Positions 13,213 to 26,652 are shown, counted from the stretch's first letter. The stretch: DNA of 64,000 nucleotides from Octopus sinensis (GCF_006345805.1 NC_043025.1:1798001-1862000); one strand, 5' to 3'. The notes: a model not told the origin generated them from the letters alone. Program-made: numbers and translations.

Positions 13213-13305
13213 TAATTGGCTGATGATTACTCAGCATTTTAAAACTGTTGTAATACTTACATCATTTAATAAAATGATGTAGTACGAAACGATCGTGCCA
13301 AATTA
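13213..13305 (+). ncRNA. Degenerate type I hammerhead ribozyme motif upstream of a PLE ORF
   Basis: TAATTGG-CTGATGA-(stem II with tacatcattt/aaatgatgta hairpin)-C-GAAA-C-GATC-GTG-CCAAATTA. Stem I pairs and helix III (ACGATCGT) is palindromic. It deviates from consensus at G10.1 (T) and at the cleavage triplet (GUG). Confidence 0.5.
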
Positions 13306-13484
13306 CCGGATTCATTCTTGTTGCTTATTTTGATTATAATCACCCCACGGATTTATATGGATAACACCACGCAGAATTCTGGTGCGTCTAAATTAAGTAC
13401 CATATTCATTTGAATCTAAATTTTTGCTGAACTTATAATTCCATAAATTGTGTATGCTTTCCGGTACTTAACTTCTCAACAAGG

Positions 13485-15494
13485 ATGAAAAAGGTAAATA
13501 TAGAGTTTTCCCCAAAGGATATCCCATTTCATAGTAAGGACGAATACATATGGCTATTGATCCACAGAACCAATGAGTTTATCCAAAGAATTAGATGGAT
13601 TACTTACCACCACGATACCAAACCGAAAGAAGACCCTCAACTAACACACTTGAATAATCGCTACAAAAAGATTTTTAGAAGTAGGAAGAGCCCACCTCCG
13701 AATCCATTGCTTGAAAACTTTGAAAAGGATCTACTGGACCTTATCGTAAATATTAAATTCAAGGAACATCCACTAAGGTATAATCCACACCTTAGACATC
13801 TAAAGGATTACATTAAATCTATTCAAGGTAAACAGGACATCCTGGTCCCAGCCGACAAAACTGGAAACCTTTACAGAATGGATTATGCAACTTACAGCAA
13901 ACTCATTAGAAAGGAACTAAACTTAAGGTATAAAGTAACAACAAAGAAAAACCTAAGAGATATTAATTTAGAAATCAAAAAAGTTACGGCAAATTATGAT
14001 CTGACCGATAGAACGGAGCCTCTAAAACCATGTGAACCCAGGATTAATCTTAAGGACCACAAGAAAATTTTCTCCGAAAACCCCTCGGTAAAACACATAT
14101 GTACAACTAAGTCGGACATTGGTCGACTTAGCAAATCTATTTTGGACAATATTCTACCCCGTATAATTCCTAATCTCCCCTTGAGTCTATGAATTAATAC
14201 AGATGAGGTAATAGATTGGTTTAAATCTCTAGATAACACTAATAGAATCTCTTTTATCCAATTTGACATTAACAATTACTATTCTAGTATATCCCCCATT
14301 CTACTTAATAAATCACTTATTTTTGCTAAGAACCGCTCTCTCATATCTAGAGAAGAAATTGACATCATCCTATTAGCTAGAAAAACTATCATCGAATTTG
14401 AAGGAAAATTATGGACTAGGGTGGATACCCCTAATAATTTTGATATACCCATGGGCTCAAGTGACTTGGCGGAGATAACCAATCTGGTAGGAGCATACTT
14501 ATTAAAATGCATAAACAGAGATATCCCAGAATTACAAGGTGGTCTATATAGGGATGATGCTTTGTTTGTTGTACCTAGCAACAGTAAATCAAGTATTGAG
14601 AGCATAAAAAAGAAAATTAGCAATTTTTTTAAAGATTTTCACCTAGGCATTACATATGAACCTAACACCAAGATAGTTAATTTCCCAGACGTTACCTTAG
14701 ACTTGAATTCAAAGTTACATTACCCATTTAGAAAGGAGGGAAAAGTTACCAGATATGTAAGTCATCCAATCACCTCCCCCCCGAATATACTAAAATCATT
14801 AGATAAAAATATTTCTCTGAGAATTTCAAAATTATCATCAAATAGTGAAATCTTTAACTCTCACTCTAATCATTATAATGTTGCATTATCTAAGGCTGGT
14901 TATGAGCAGGAAATCACCTTCCTAGATATTGACAACATAAATCTCCGAAATAATGAAGTGAATGTAAATGGCTTAAGTAATAAAGAATCTCATACTCTAA
15001 ATAAACATAAATCAATAGAGGAAAAGAACCTAGCGTATAAACCTAATTATAAGAATAGAAATAGTAAACAGATCATAAATAAATATGAAAATGCTAGCCT
15101 AGATAAACCCGATAGGCATAAAAGTAATACTAAAAGGAATAATAATTCTCGTATGAATACTGATAACACTAAACCTTCCTACTTTTACTTTAACAAAAAA
15201 TATAAGAGAGAAAATGTCATTTGGCTAAATATCCCCTTTAATTGTACGATCTCGACGAATGTGTACAGTAGATTTATGTCTATACTGGAAAATAATTTCC
15301 CAGCCTCCCATAAATATCATAAAATAATTTCTAAAAGATCAGTGAGAATTTCATATTCCACTCTCCCAAACATGGCTGCCATAATAGCTAGGCTTAATAG
15401 TAAAAACATTAAGTTAGCCAGGAGTAGAATGAATAGTAACAACAATGATAGTAATAATAGTTGTAAAAATAGCAATAATAATAATAACAATAAC

Positions 15495-15569
<75 letters not shown>

Positions 15570-15570
15570 T
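13485..15570 (+). mobile_element. Penelope-like element, N-terminal and RT part (interrupted by Dong LINE)
   Basis: KDIPFHSKDEY...FIQRIRW, LVPADKTGNLY, FDI.NYYSSI (frameshifted), FDIPMGSSD, GGLYRDD and VNFPDVTLDL motifs. The ORF runs into an (AAT)n poly-Asn tract. Confidence 0.9.
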
Positions 15571-17100
15571 GAATAAGGCATTCAGTGATGAAGGAAAGGA
15601 TCAGGAGAGAATGTTATCGCAGAGTAAGAGCAATACTCAAGACAGAGCTGAATGCGAGAAACAGGATCGAAGCGATCAATGCATTAGCCATACCAGTCGT
15701 GACTTACAGTTTCAATATCGTTAACTGGTCAATTACTAAAATATGTAATCTTGACAGAAAAATACGAAAACTGTTGACAATGCATAGAATGCACCACCCT
15801 AAGGCAGATACAGAACGACTTTATCTGCCAAGAAAAGAGGGAGGCCGTGGACATTTACAACTGGCAATAACAATGAAGATTGCTGCAATTGGCCTAGACA
15901 CCTACCTGAAAAACTCTGAGGACTGGATGTTAAAACTTGTCTCAAAACATGAAAACAAGAAAGCATCATACTCAGTAACAAAACAGGCAAAGGAATATCT
16001 AAGTGAATTCCGAATACAACAAATTTCGGAATTAGAGATAGACATACAAGAAACAAGCACAGAAAAAGCTAAGCGCATGAAATCTTGTGCTAAAACTGTG
16101 GCCTTAGATATTCTGAATGATAAATGGCAAGAAAAACCTCTCTATAGCAAATACCCAAAGTTAGTGAATAATGCAGATGTTGACAAAGCCCTGACCCATC
16201 AATGGCTAATGGCCTCTGGCTTAAAATCTGAAACAGAAGGGTTTATCATAGCAGCTCAAGATCAATGACTACCTACAAGAAACTACCAGGCCAACATATT
16301 AAAGAACGGCTGTGGCCCAACATGTCGTGTATGTCAACAACAAAATGAAACCATTGATCATGTTGTCTCCAAATGCAGTCTTCTAGCGCCTACAGAGTAC
16401 CTCAACAGGCATGATAGAGCTGCACAATATATTCACTGGGTAATTTCCAAAAACCTGGATTTGCCCCATAATAAAAACTGGTGGGAACACAATCCACCTC
16501 CAGTGCTTGAAAATGACCACATCTCACTCCTCTGGAACTTCACCATTCAAAATGACAGAAAGATAGATGCAAATAGGCCAGACATCATATTGAAAGACTT
16601 CAAACAAAGAACATGCCTCCTCATTGATATGACTGTCCCAATCGATATAAACGTATCTGTCAAGACCTACCATAAACTGAGCAAATATAAAGATCTTGAA
16701 ATAGAAATCAGCAAAATGTGGAAGCTGAAGACTAAATCAATACCTATTGTCATAGGTGCCCTGGGAATGATAGCAAAAGGGGCTGATGCTACCTAACTCA
16801 GATACCAAGAAACCCCAAAATGGCAGAAATTCAAAAGATAGTGCTCATGGGAACTGCTCATATCCTACGCAAAATACTTTCTATGTAATCTCAAGGTTTA
16901 AAACAAACATAATTTTCTTTTTTTTCTTTTTTTTCTTTTTCTTTTTTTTTGGACATTCACTAGTAAAACACCAAAAAGACCCCAAATATATGGCACACTA
17001 GGCATAACAACAGCATGAACTTCCAACCTGTTGTCTCTTGAGGTCTCTGGGTGAAACTTGGAGCCAAGTTGTACAAATATAAAGCAAAAGTCAAACAGAA
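15571..17100 (+). mobile_element. 5'-truncated R4/Dong-clade LINE (restriction-like endonuclease type)
   Basis: MHHPKADTERLYLPRKEGGRG, SETEGFIIAAQDQ, CCHC knuckle CRVCQQQNETIDHVVSKC, ANRPDII, KYKDL and PIVIGALG. Flanked on both sides by TAA arrays. Confidence 0.92.
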
Positions 17101-17832
17101 TAATAATGATAATAATAATGGTAATGATAAAAATAATATTAATAATGATGATGATGATGATAATAATAATAATAATAATATAATAATAATAATAATAACA
17201 ACAACAACATTGATGTAAATAGTGATAATAGCAATACCAATAATATAGGTAGTATAAATAAAAGTATGGTAGGTGATGATAATGGGGATGGATTAATAAC
17301 TAGTAACCCTAATTTACATAACGTAATTACTAATAATGAAAATATTACTAATACTAATAATAATTTAAATAACAGTAATGGAAATGAACTGTCCTTAAAT
17401 AAATCCAGTACCGGACACTATCCCCCCAGTTGTAATTGTAGGATTATATCAAAATGTCCGGTATCTGGTCGTTGTTTGTTCCAAAACGTAATTTATAAAT
17501 GCACGATAATAACTTTTAACAATAGCTTTCTTTATTTCGGATGTCTTAACAATCATTTTTCCTCTTTTAGGCTCAAACATAAGGCAGGTTGCACAACATT
17601 ATCTAGCAAAATTTGGGAACTAAAAACAAATAATATAGAATTCAACCTAAAATGGGATATAGTAAGAAGGGCGCAACCTTATAGAAATAGTAGGGATGGT
17701 TGTCAACTTTGTTCTATGGAAACTTATGAAGTTTTGAAGCATCAGAGTAATACAAATCTGTTGAATAACCGTTTGGAGCTGGGAAAATCTTGTATACATC
17801 GTACGAACCGAACGTTTAAATACTTTAAATAA
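17101..17832 (+). mobile_element. Penelope-like element, Asn-rich linker and GIY-YIG part (continuation of 13485-15570)
   Basis: CNCRIISKCPVSGRCLFQNVIYKCTI...LYFGC...TLSSKIWELK...CQLCSMETYEVL...LLNNRLELGKSCIHR. Confidence 0.85.
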
Positions 17833-18459
17833 TAATTTTGTGAATATTCCTATATTTTTCAAATTTTAATTCCTTAAAACCAAATAAGTAGGAATATTCC
17901 ATACTGGCTTTCAATTTAACATTCATAGATGACTAAAAAAGACTTCACTGCAAACTTAAAATTGAATTCTTTTTTCTAAAATTAAACTGTATGAATCTAA
18001 ATAGTTCGAATCCTAAATAGCATGAATCCCAATAAGTAGGAATACTAAATAGTATGAACCCTATGTCCCTAAAGAAACTATTCGGTTCACCTTGATTATC
18101 TCACTTCCATTTCTTAATATATAATTAGTCTAAGATATCTTTACAAAATATATATTTAACCAAATAGGAACGAATATACCATACTGGTTTTAGTTTAACA
18201 CTCATAAATAATTAAAGAACTTCATTATAAACTTAAAATTATATTCTTCTTTTTATAATGTTCTCCAATACTAAGTAGTATTAATCCTATGTCCCTAGGG
18301 TAACTATTTGGTTCATCTTCATTATCTCACTTAAATTTCTTAATATATAATTAACCTAAGATATTTTTACCTAACTAATTAACTTTTATCCGCAGGTAGT
18401 AATTTTATTCCCAATAGATACCATTTTTTAATTCATTAATATCAACTTACTATCCATGA

Positions 18460-19490
18460 AATTTGATTAATTTTCTCTTCTAAATCACCTCCCCTTATAT
18501 ATCTAGATTCCATCCTCTCTTTCGTTCAATCCTTCCATCCTGCCCTCCACTTCACCTCCACTATCTCCTATACCTCTGTCTCCTTCCTCGACATTTCGGT
18601 CAGCATTCATCACTCCTCTCTTACCACCTCCATTCACTACAAACACACAGACTCACACTCATACCTAAACTTTTCTTCCTCCCACCCCAAACACACCAAG
18701 CTTTCCATCCCCTATTCCCAATTCCTCCGTCTACGTAGGCTCTGTAGTGACGACCATGACTTTGAGACTCAGTCTCAACTCATGGCTCGCCACTTCATCC
18801 TACGTGGATATCCCCTCACCACTATCCACACCGCCCTTGCCAGAGCGCGTTCCGTAGACCGTGCATCTTCTCTCTACCCCCCGAACCCGCCCTGCAGTCT
18901 CCCGCCTCCCTTTTCCCCTCACTTATCACCCCACCACGCTACCTCTCCAACGCACAATTCTTCGAGCTTTCCGGCATCTCCAGTCCGACCCGTCCACTTC
19001 ACACCTCTTCCCTAACCGACCACTCCCCTCTTTCAAACGAGCCCATAACCTACGAGACCTCTTGGTCCACAGCTTCTTCCCTGCCCCTACCTCCCAACCT
19101 GGCTCACTCCCCTGCTCCCGCCCACGTTGCCGCACTTGCCGTTACCTCTCCAACACCACCCTCCTCACTGGCACCTATCATCGACCCTATCGCATCATCG
19201 ACTCCTTCACCTGCACCTCCAGCAATATTATCTATTGCATTTCCTACTCTCTCTGCCATTCCCTGTTCATCGGACAAACGGGACGCCGCTTGGCTGACCG
19301 GTTCGCAGAACACCTCCGAGACATCCGCCTTGCCAATGACACACCGGTCTCACGCCATTTCCGCTCCACCGGTCACTCCTTTGATCACCTGTCTGTGTTC
19401 GGATTGTCCTTGCACAGAGGCCATCCGGATTCCCGTTTGCGCCGTGAACAGGGATTAAACTTCTCTCTTCGATCTTTTACGCCATTTGGT
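18460..19490 (+). mobile_element. 5'-truncated Penelope/Poseidon-type PLE (RT thumb plus GIY-YIG)
   Basis: FLDISV...YKHTDSHSYL...HPKHTKLSIPYSQFLRLRRLCS; PCSRPRCRTC; SNIIYCI...FIGQTGRRLADRFAEHL...HF...HS...RLRREQ...PFGLN. Confidence 0.92.
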
Positions 19491-19890
19491 CTCAACTCTC
19501 CCCCTTTTCATCTACTTCTCTTCAGTCCTTCATCTTTTCACCCCTACTCTCTTTCCCTACTCTTCCCTCCTTTCCCTTCTTCCCTCTTCTTTCTTCTTTC
19601 TTCTTTCTTCTTCCCTCTTCCCCCTCTCTCTTTCTCTCTGCTCCCTCACTCCCCTTCTCTTCCCCTCCTCCTCTTCTCCCTCTCCCCTACTTTCCCCTCC
19701 TCTTCCTCTCCCTCTCCCCTCCTCTCCTTCTCCCCCTTCTCCCCTCCCCTTCCTTCCTCCTCCTCTCCTTCCTTCTCTCTCCCCTCCTCATCCCCTCCTC
19801 CTCCACCCTCTCCTCGCCTCATCTCCTCTCTCTCCTCCCCTCATCTCCCCTCTCTTCCCTCCCCTCATCCCCTCTCACTCTCCCCTACAC
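19490..19890. repeat. Polypyrimidine (C/T) low-complexity tract
   Basis: About 400 bp almost devoid of purines on the plus strand. Confidence 0.95.
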
Positions 19891-20140
19891 CACACTACAC
19901 TACACCATACGACATTACACATCACATCATACATACATACACACGTCCAGACCACCAGCCCTCTTCCACATGCACATACATACTCTCTGATGCACACACG
20001 CACCTTCAGGTTGGAGCGAGGTCACTTGACCCTGTCATCTCCCCTACTATCCCTCTAGCGTCTAATGTCTGACCTCTAACGTTTGACTTCTGAAATCAGA
20101 ATGCCATGTTGGATCGTTAGCCCCTACATGCAATTTTTTT

Positions 20141-20240
20141 NNNNNNNNNNNNNNNNNNNNNNNNNNNNNNNNNNNNNNNNNNNNNNNNNNNNNNNNNNNN
20201 NNNNNNNNNNNNNNNNNNNNNNNNNNNNNNNNNNNNNNNN
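20141..20240. other. Assembly gap (100 N)
   Basis: Run of n characters. Confidence 1.
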
Positions 20241-20572
20241 CACTGATGTGCACTGTTTTGTTCTGTACTATTATGTTTGACCTTAATATTCATATGTAGT
20301 TGGTTAAGTGATCAAGAGATATTTATATATATATCACTTGATCACTTCACCGACCAGTCCGTCAGGCGTCCATTTGACACCGCTGGTCACAGTACGCTGT
20401 CCACTCCTCTCTGGATCGCGCCTTTCTCATCCACGTGATCCCAATCGTCCTCCTGAAATCGTAACTCCACCGTCGTGAAGGTCTTCGGGTGGTCTTTTTC
20501 CCTCGCGCGGGTACCACTCGACAACTGCGTGAGTCCACCGATTATCGTGAGTCGGGCGACATGTCCAGCACA

Positions 20573-20620
<48 letters not shown>

Positions 20621-21374
20621 ATATCAAATCGAATAGTAAAATATAAGAGTAGACCATTAAAAATAAAAATAACAAAAAACAAGAGGACGCTCGGTAAAGT
20701 TGGTGAAAAGAGAGCGTTTTTAACGTTCCGAGCATAGCTCTTTGTCAGAAAGGAAAACAGAAAAGTTGAGAGAAGGAGAATATTACCAAATGTACGTGTG
20801 TGGTTACATATGTACATATGTGTGTGTGTGTGCATGTTCGTGCGCATGTGTGTGTAAAGAAAGGATTAATGAATAATTTGAGTGGGATTTCATTTACTGT
20901 CAGAATCGGAAATTATATCACGGAATATATAAGTGATGTTCATTGTGTGAACTTCTTTTAAAGACAAAATAGAGGATAGAATAGTCTTTTTATTGACCAG
21001 CAAACATTCGGTGAGTTAAAAAGATTTATTATGTAATAATTTACTATCAGTAAATGGAGTTGATTGTCTGAATTTCATGAAACCCAAATACAATTAATTC
21101 GCATTCCTTTACTACGGTCTACTGCATGTTCATGTCTCAGTGTATTTACACGTCTGTATAAAAGTCTATATATACTTACATGCATACAAATTATGAACAT
21201 ATGGATTGCATTAGATTGCCGATGTTCAGTCCACAGCAGAATGAAGGTCTCAGTATAATCTCTCTACCAAACCTGCCTGATGTGGAGGCCGTGTTTTGAC
21301 CTCGAGAGTATACTAGTTCGATGAACCTAACAACTCACACTAGCTCAACAAAGCTTGGCAGTGGAGTAAATACT

Positions 21375-21515
21375 CATACAGAGGTGTAGTAAAAACGATT
21401 AAAGGATGAAAGGCAAAGTCGGCTGTGGTAGAATTTGAACTCAAAATATAAAGAGGGGCGAATTACCGCTTAGCATTTTGCCCGACGTACAAAAGATATT
21501 TCCAGCTCGCCGCAG
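21375..21515 (-). mobile_element. tRNA-derived SINE fragment (same family as the 30395 copy)
   Basis: Reverse complement contains gctggaa...cgggcaaaatgctaagcggtaattcg...tgagttcaaattc...gactttgcctttcatcc. Confidence 0.7.
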
Positions 21516-22039
21516 AATAAGTAGGGAATCAAATAATAAATACATACGCATATAATACTTAATTGTACATTTGAATTTAATATGTATTTACATATATGTA
21601 TGTATTAATGTGTTTAAGCTGATCAGGCTAAACTTTAAAATACCTGTTGTCATTTAACAAAATCGATATTAATATCCACTAAACGTATTGAGGTCACTAT
21701 TTAAATTGACGTTTTGCATTTCTTGCATAAAATATGCATGTGTGTGCGTGTGAGTGTGTGCATGTAAGCGCGTGTGTGTGTGTGTGTTCGGAGAAAGAGA
21801 GAGAGAGGGCAGATATCTACTCACGGCTCTTGATATGTTCTCAGCAGGAATTTTATTATATTCGTTGAACTTTTTAAAAATCAAACGAAATACGAAGGAT
21901 TTGGTCCAGCCTATGGATTGATATAGAAAATAATCGCTGCGTTTATAAAAGAGACACACGTCATAGATGCACATAAAACCCACATACATAGATAAAAATA
22001 TACAATGATAATCACATATACACTTAAAAATACTATATT

Positions 22040-22308
22040 TAAATATATATATATAAATATATATATACATAATATATATACATATATATACATATATATA
22101 CACATATATATATATAAATATATATACATATATATATATACATATATATTATATATACATATATAATATATATATATAAATATATATATATATACACACA
22201 CATATATATATACATATATATATACATATACATATATATATACACATATATATATATAATATATATATATAAATATATATATATATACTATATATATATA
22301 TATATATA
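22040..22308. repeat. (TA)n-rich microsatellite
   Basis: Directly visible. Confidence 0.97.
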
Positions 22309-22344
22309 GGGAGAATTCACCAAAAAAACAAAAGACGAAGACAG

Positions 22345-22516
22345 GTGGTCTTCTAACTGTCACGAGCAAGGTTTCCTTATTAAGGGCTAGGTATCTCATT
22401 AAGCCCTCGAGTTCGATACGCACGCAGTCTCCCACACTTATCAATCTTCTTCCTCCATTCCCTCTCTTCGTGTATCGGCAATCAATATCTGCACGTGGAT
22501 GATGGGCTCCATACAA
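22345..22516 (-). mobile_element. Short R4/Dong LINE fragment
   Basis: [39 protein letters not shown] matches the HHPKAD.DRLY..R..GGRGL motif of the other Dong copies. Confidence 0.75.
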
Positions 22517-24548
22517 CGTTAGGGAGCTTTCCTGACTTTCTGTCCATCTCCTTTAGATTCTCCTCTCTCCACTACAGTTTTCCAGTTTCATACCGAACTA
22601 TTGCGACTGCGTGCGAGGTTATCGCCAAAATTATGTTTCTGGCATTAATCTTTCAAACCAATGTTTTGCTCACTCGCCAAAAGTGTTCTCTTTTTCTCTT
22701 TTCCTTCATGAAGGGGTGCTTGATTCCATCTGTGTGTGTGGGAGAGAGAAATTGGGGGGGAGGGACATTGCAAACGATGAATGAAATGAACATGAAATAA
22801 AAAAAATCGTGCAAATAAAAGGGCAATACTACAGATGCATACGCTTCCGACTTTGTTGCTTCATAGCATACAGAAAAAAATCCAGAAAAAGTTTGTACAA
22901 ATACCGCTTATGTGTTGTGGCTTCAGAGTATATAGGAACGTATTGGGAGGAATTTTTTCGAGGAGGTGGAGAGATGAATTTTGAAAAAGTCACACGATCT
23001 GATTTTTTCCCTCGTAACTTTCATGAAAATGTGTATCTTTTAATGCAATTTTATGCAAATCTCTTTCAAACGACATAGATTAAGGTTTTAAACAAATTTG
23101 GGGGGGAAATATTTTTCGTGGATTTTCACCTTTTTTAACCGCAGCCTTTGACATGATAGGATTGCGGGGAGCAACTTTGTATGAAAAAGTTTTGAAAACT
23201 CTTTTTTATCACCCTCCTAATCACATTCCGGACCTATTTTGGCCAATTATTTTTTTGCACTTCAAAGCCATGGGAAGAGCAGTTTCGGTCATTTTTTTTT
23301 AATTGTTAATATTTTCAGAGGGAAAATTGATGTAAGGGCGATTTGGTTGTTGTTTCATGCACATCTAAAAACAGCCCTCCTCGTTTCTTTATCACTCTTG
23401 CATGTATTGATGTTTTTCAATATTTTCCCCCATAAATACATTTATATGCTATAAAAAAGAAAATTTGTAAAATTATGAATTTTTTGCAACCCCACTCCCT
23501 ACCCCCAATTGTTTCTGTTTAGAAATTAAAATATTGGAGAGCCTGAGAATGTCATTGCTGGCATCTATCCACAGAGATTCTTTTTTAAATTACGGAGATG
23601 TACTTGCATAGCAAGTGACTTGATCTGAGATCGTGTGCTGAAAGAAAAACAATTGCAGAGTGGAAGATGTTTGTAAGCCATTCAAGCACACACAAAAACC
23701 GTTAGTGTCACTTTAACATTTAAATTTAATTTGTATCAAAATATTTTCGTGGCTTTGAAATTGCGACCTGTTCACTGACAAAACTTCACAAAAGTAATGC
23801 TGCACGAAGTATTGTCAATGGTTTCAAAGCAACGGTGGGGGTAAAAATTTAGATTATAATTTATTTTGTTGTTTTTCTTCCACCAATGGACCACGCGTGT
23901 GTTACTTCGGCATCATCATTCCATAAAATGCATTTCATGGCAGAAAAACATTGAAAAAACACGTGAGAGAGTGGAAAGGGAAAATGGACAAAATCGGTCC
24001 AAATAAGGTAAGGTTTATAGCATTCCAAACAGCAATAACAACAAAATCACTTTGAAATATTTTTACAAAAATTATACGTGTTTCTTTGAAAATTGTCATT
24101 CAATAATGTTTTTACATTACGTATAGATACTAGAATAAATTGTCGGTTTCCCAAATATTGAATTAAAACTTGAAATGAAAACATTAAAAGAGAAAGTGAG
24201 GCTTTGGAAATAAAAATGGATCACCCCACATTGAATGAAATGAATATTCAAATATGCGAGAAACTGGAGTTTAAAAAAGTCAATAAACTTGAGAAATCGA
24301 AATTATAAGAAATTTCTTATGAATTTATGAAAATATTTCCAGACGGTCACCCCCTTAATAATAGCTTTCTGTTAGCACTTTTAATAATTATTACCTAATT
24401 AATAAGCAACTTTGTCCATTATAGTATAGATACTCATTTGAATTGTGAAAAAGTTTTCCTCTGGTATATTAGGTATTAACTGCCAAACCAGGGAAAAGCA
24501 GGATGCCTCCATTCCTACAGAGGAACCGGTTTATCTTGTATTTAATTA

Positions 24549-24579
<31 letters not shown>

Positions 24580-24984
24580 TGTGTGTGTGTATGTGTGCGT
24601 GTACGTGTGTGCGTGTGTGCGTGTGTGTGTAGAAGGTTGAAAAGTAATACAAGAAATGATATGTGTAGGGAAAATAAGACAAGGTAGAAAATGCTAAAAT
24701 AATTTTATCATGAAGAACATTTTAGTACCGGTTTCAGATTTGAGACTTTTTCAACTTCAGAGAAAAACAATTGAAAACAATTAAATTGTGGAAAAATTAA
24801 ATGAAATGTTTTCTTTTTAATATTTCCATAGTTTTCAAATACAAGAGACATTTTCCTTTTTTCTGTCACTCTCTCTTTTACTTTCGTGAAGGCTCGGTAG
24901 GTAGGTAGTAGTAGATCTAAAAGAATATTTGATATGAGGGATGTGAGTTCTTGGTTTTGTTTGTTTAAGCAGTAGCTGAAGGAG

Positions 24985-25144
24985 ACGGCGAAGAAGAAGC
25001 AGAAAAAGAAGAAGGAGAAAAAGAAGAAGAAGAAGAAGAAGAAGGTGAAGTAGAAGAAGAAGAAGAAGAAGAAGAAGAAGAAGAAGGTGAGGTAGAAGAA
25101 GAAGAAGAGAAGAAGAAGAAAAGAAGAAGAAGAAGAAGAAGAAG

Positions 25145-25175
<31 letters not shown>
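24985..25175. repeat. (GAA)n purine microsatellite
   Basis: Directly visible. Confidence 0.97.
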
Positions 25176-25339
25176 GGCATGATAGTAGTAGGTTGTTGGT
25201 GGAATCCTCTTAACTTATCAAGTGACCTGAAAGTAACCTGTTGTGGATATAATAATAGAGATTAGAATTCTGAATAATTTCACAGGCAATGATAGTTCTT
25301 AATATATCGTTTTTACTATTTGTGTAGATATTATTCTAA

Positions 25340-26477
25340 GGCATTTGTAGTAGCGTCAATTGTGGAGGACGCATTCAAAAGGGGCTTATATTTTGCGATA
25401 AAATATGATTCTTTTCTAATGCGCTGACTACAGATTGCATCGTTCCCGAGTTTATAGAGGGAATAATTCTGAGGTTGGGTTGATCGTTAGTGGCGCATAT
25501 CTCAATGTGGTCGCTGAATGCTATTTTTCTGTATTCCTGAATTTTAATCTGGGATTTGTATAGGGTGTTCCTCTGGTGTAGACTAGTTTTGGTTTGGCTT
25601 ATGTATTGTTCTCGACACCCTGAGCAAGTTAATGCATATATTAGGTTTTCCGAAGCAAATGTGAAGTTGTTTTTCACTGTAAATCGTTGAAAATATTTGA
25701 AAGAGAGCTTCTATCCCTCAATTAGGTTAATGCATTTACCACAGTTAGTTCTTCTGCACTTTTTACTGACGGCTTCAGTGTGATGTCGAATGTACTTGAG
25801 CTTATGTTAGGAGACATTTAATAGATTTTAGTTGTCTTTTGCTCTTTAAGATGGTGTGCGTTTGGAGGATAAAAATCATTCTGTGATCCCTTTTTCATAG
25901 GTGAATGTTCTGGGGGATTGTGTCGAAGGCTTCATTGTTAAGGGTGTTGTATGTGGAGATGAATGATAGGCCATTGGCTGTAAATCCTTCTTTAATTTGG
26001 GATGTCTGAGTTCGTGGATATTGAGTTGTAGGGCACATTGAAAGCCTATATCGATTAGTGATTGTGGGTAGTTCCTGGTAAGGAGTGTATCCTTTAGTTC
26101 ATGTAGCCGTGTATCGTTGGTGTTTGTATTAGAGACTATAGTACAAATCCTTTTTGCTAGGTTGAAGGGGATATGCATTCTAGTGTGTCTGGGGGGGGGC
26201 ACGAATTAAACAGTAGATATGGCTTCGAGTCCGTGGGCTTATCGTATGTATGTTTCTATTTTGATGATGAATTTCGTAATGAGGATGTCGAGGAATTGAA
26301 GTTGGTGATGGCTATATTCCATCGTAAATTGAATGTTTATATCAAGTCCATTTATAAGAGCTTGAAATCCTTTAAGTCTTTCTATACTATCATGCCAAAG
26401 AATGATAGAAGTTGTCTTTGAAGACAAAGAAGCTATTCTCGAAGAGGATATTTAGCCGTTCTATTTCGAATTCTTTT

Positions 26478-26478
<1 letters not shown>
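25340..26478 (-). mobile_element. 5'-truncated PLE (RT thumb plus GIY-YIG); the longest copy of the fragment repeated in the tandem units
   Basis: INIQFTMEYSHHQLQFLDILI, HTRMHIPFNLAKRICTIVS...LLTRNYP, then NLIYALTCSGCREQYISQTKTSLHQR...FSDHIEICA. Confidence 0.88.
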
Positions 26479-26536
<58 letters not shown>

Positions 26537-26559
26537 AAATATATATATATATATATATA

Positions 26560-26596
<37 letters not shown>

Positions 26597-26597
26597 T

Positions 26598-26652
<55 letters not shown>

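Noticed and set aside
12561-13282. Long YI/MY/CV-rich ORFs here and at 22 kb, 26.5 kb, 32 kb, 37 kb, 40 kb, 44 kb and 47 kb
   Set aside because: Translations of TA, CA and TATG microsatellites.
22540-23480. Possible DNA-transposon or MITE remnant
   Set aside because: No terminal inverted repeats, target-site duplication or transposase motif could be identified by eye.
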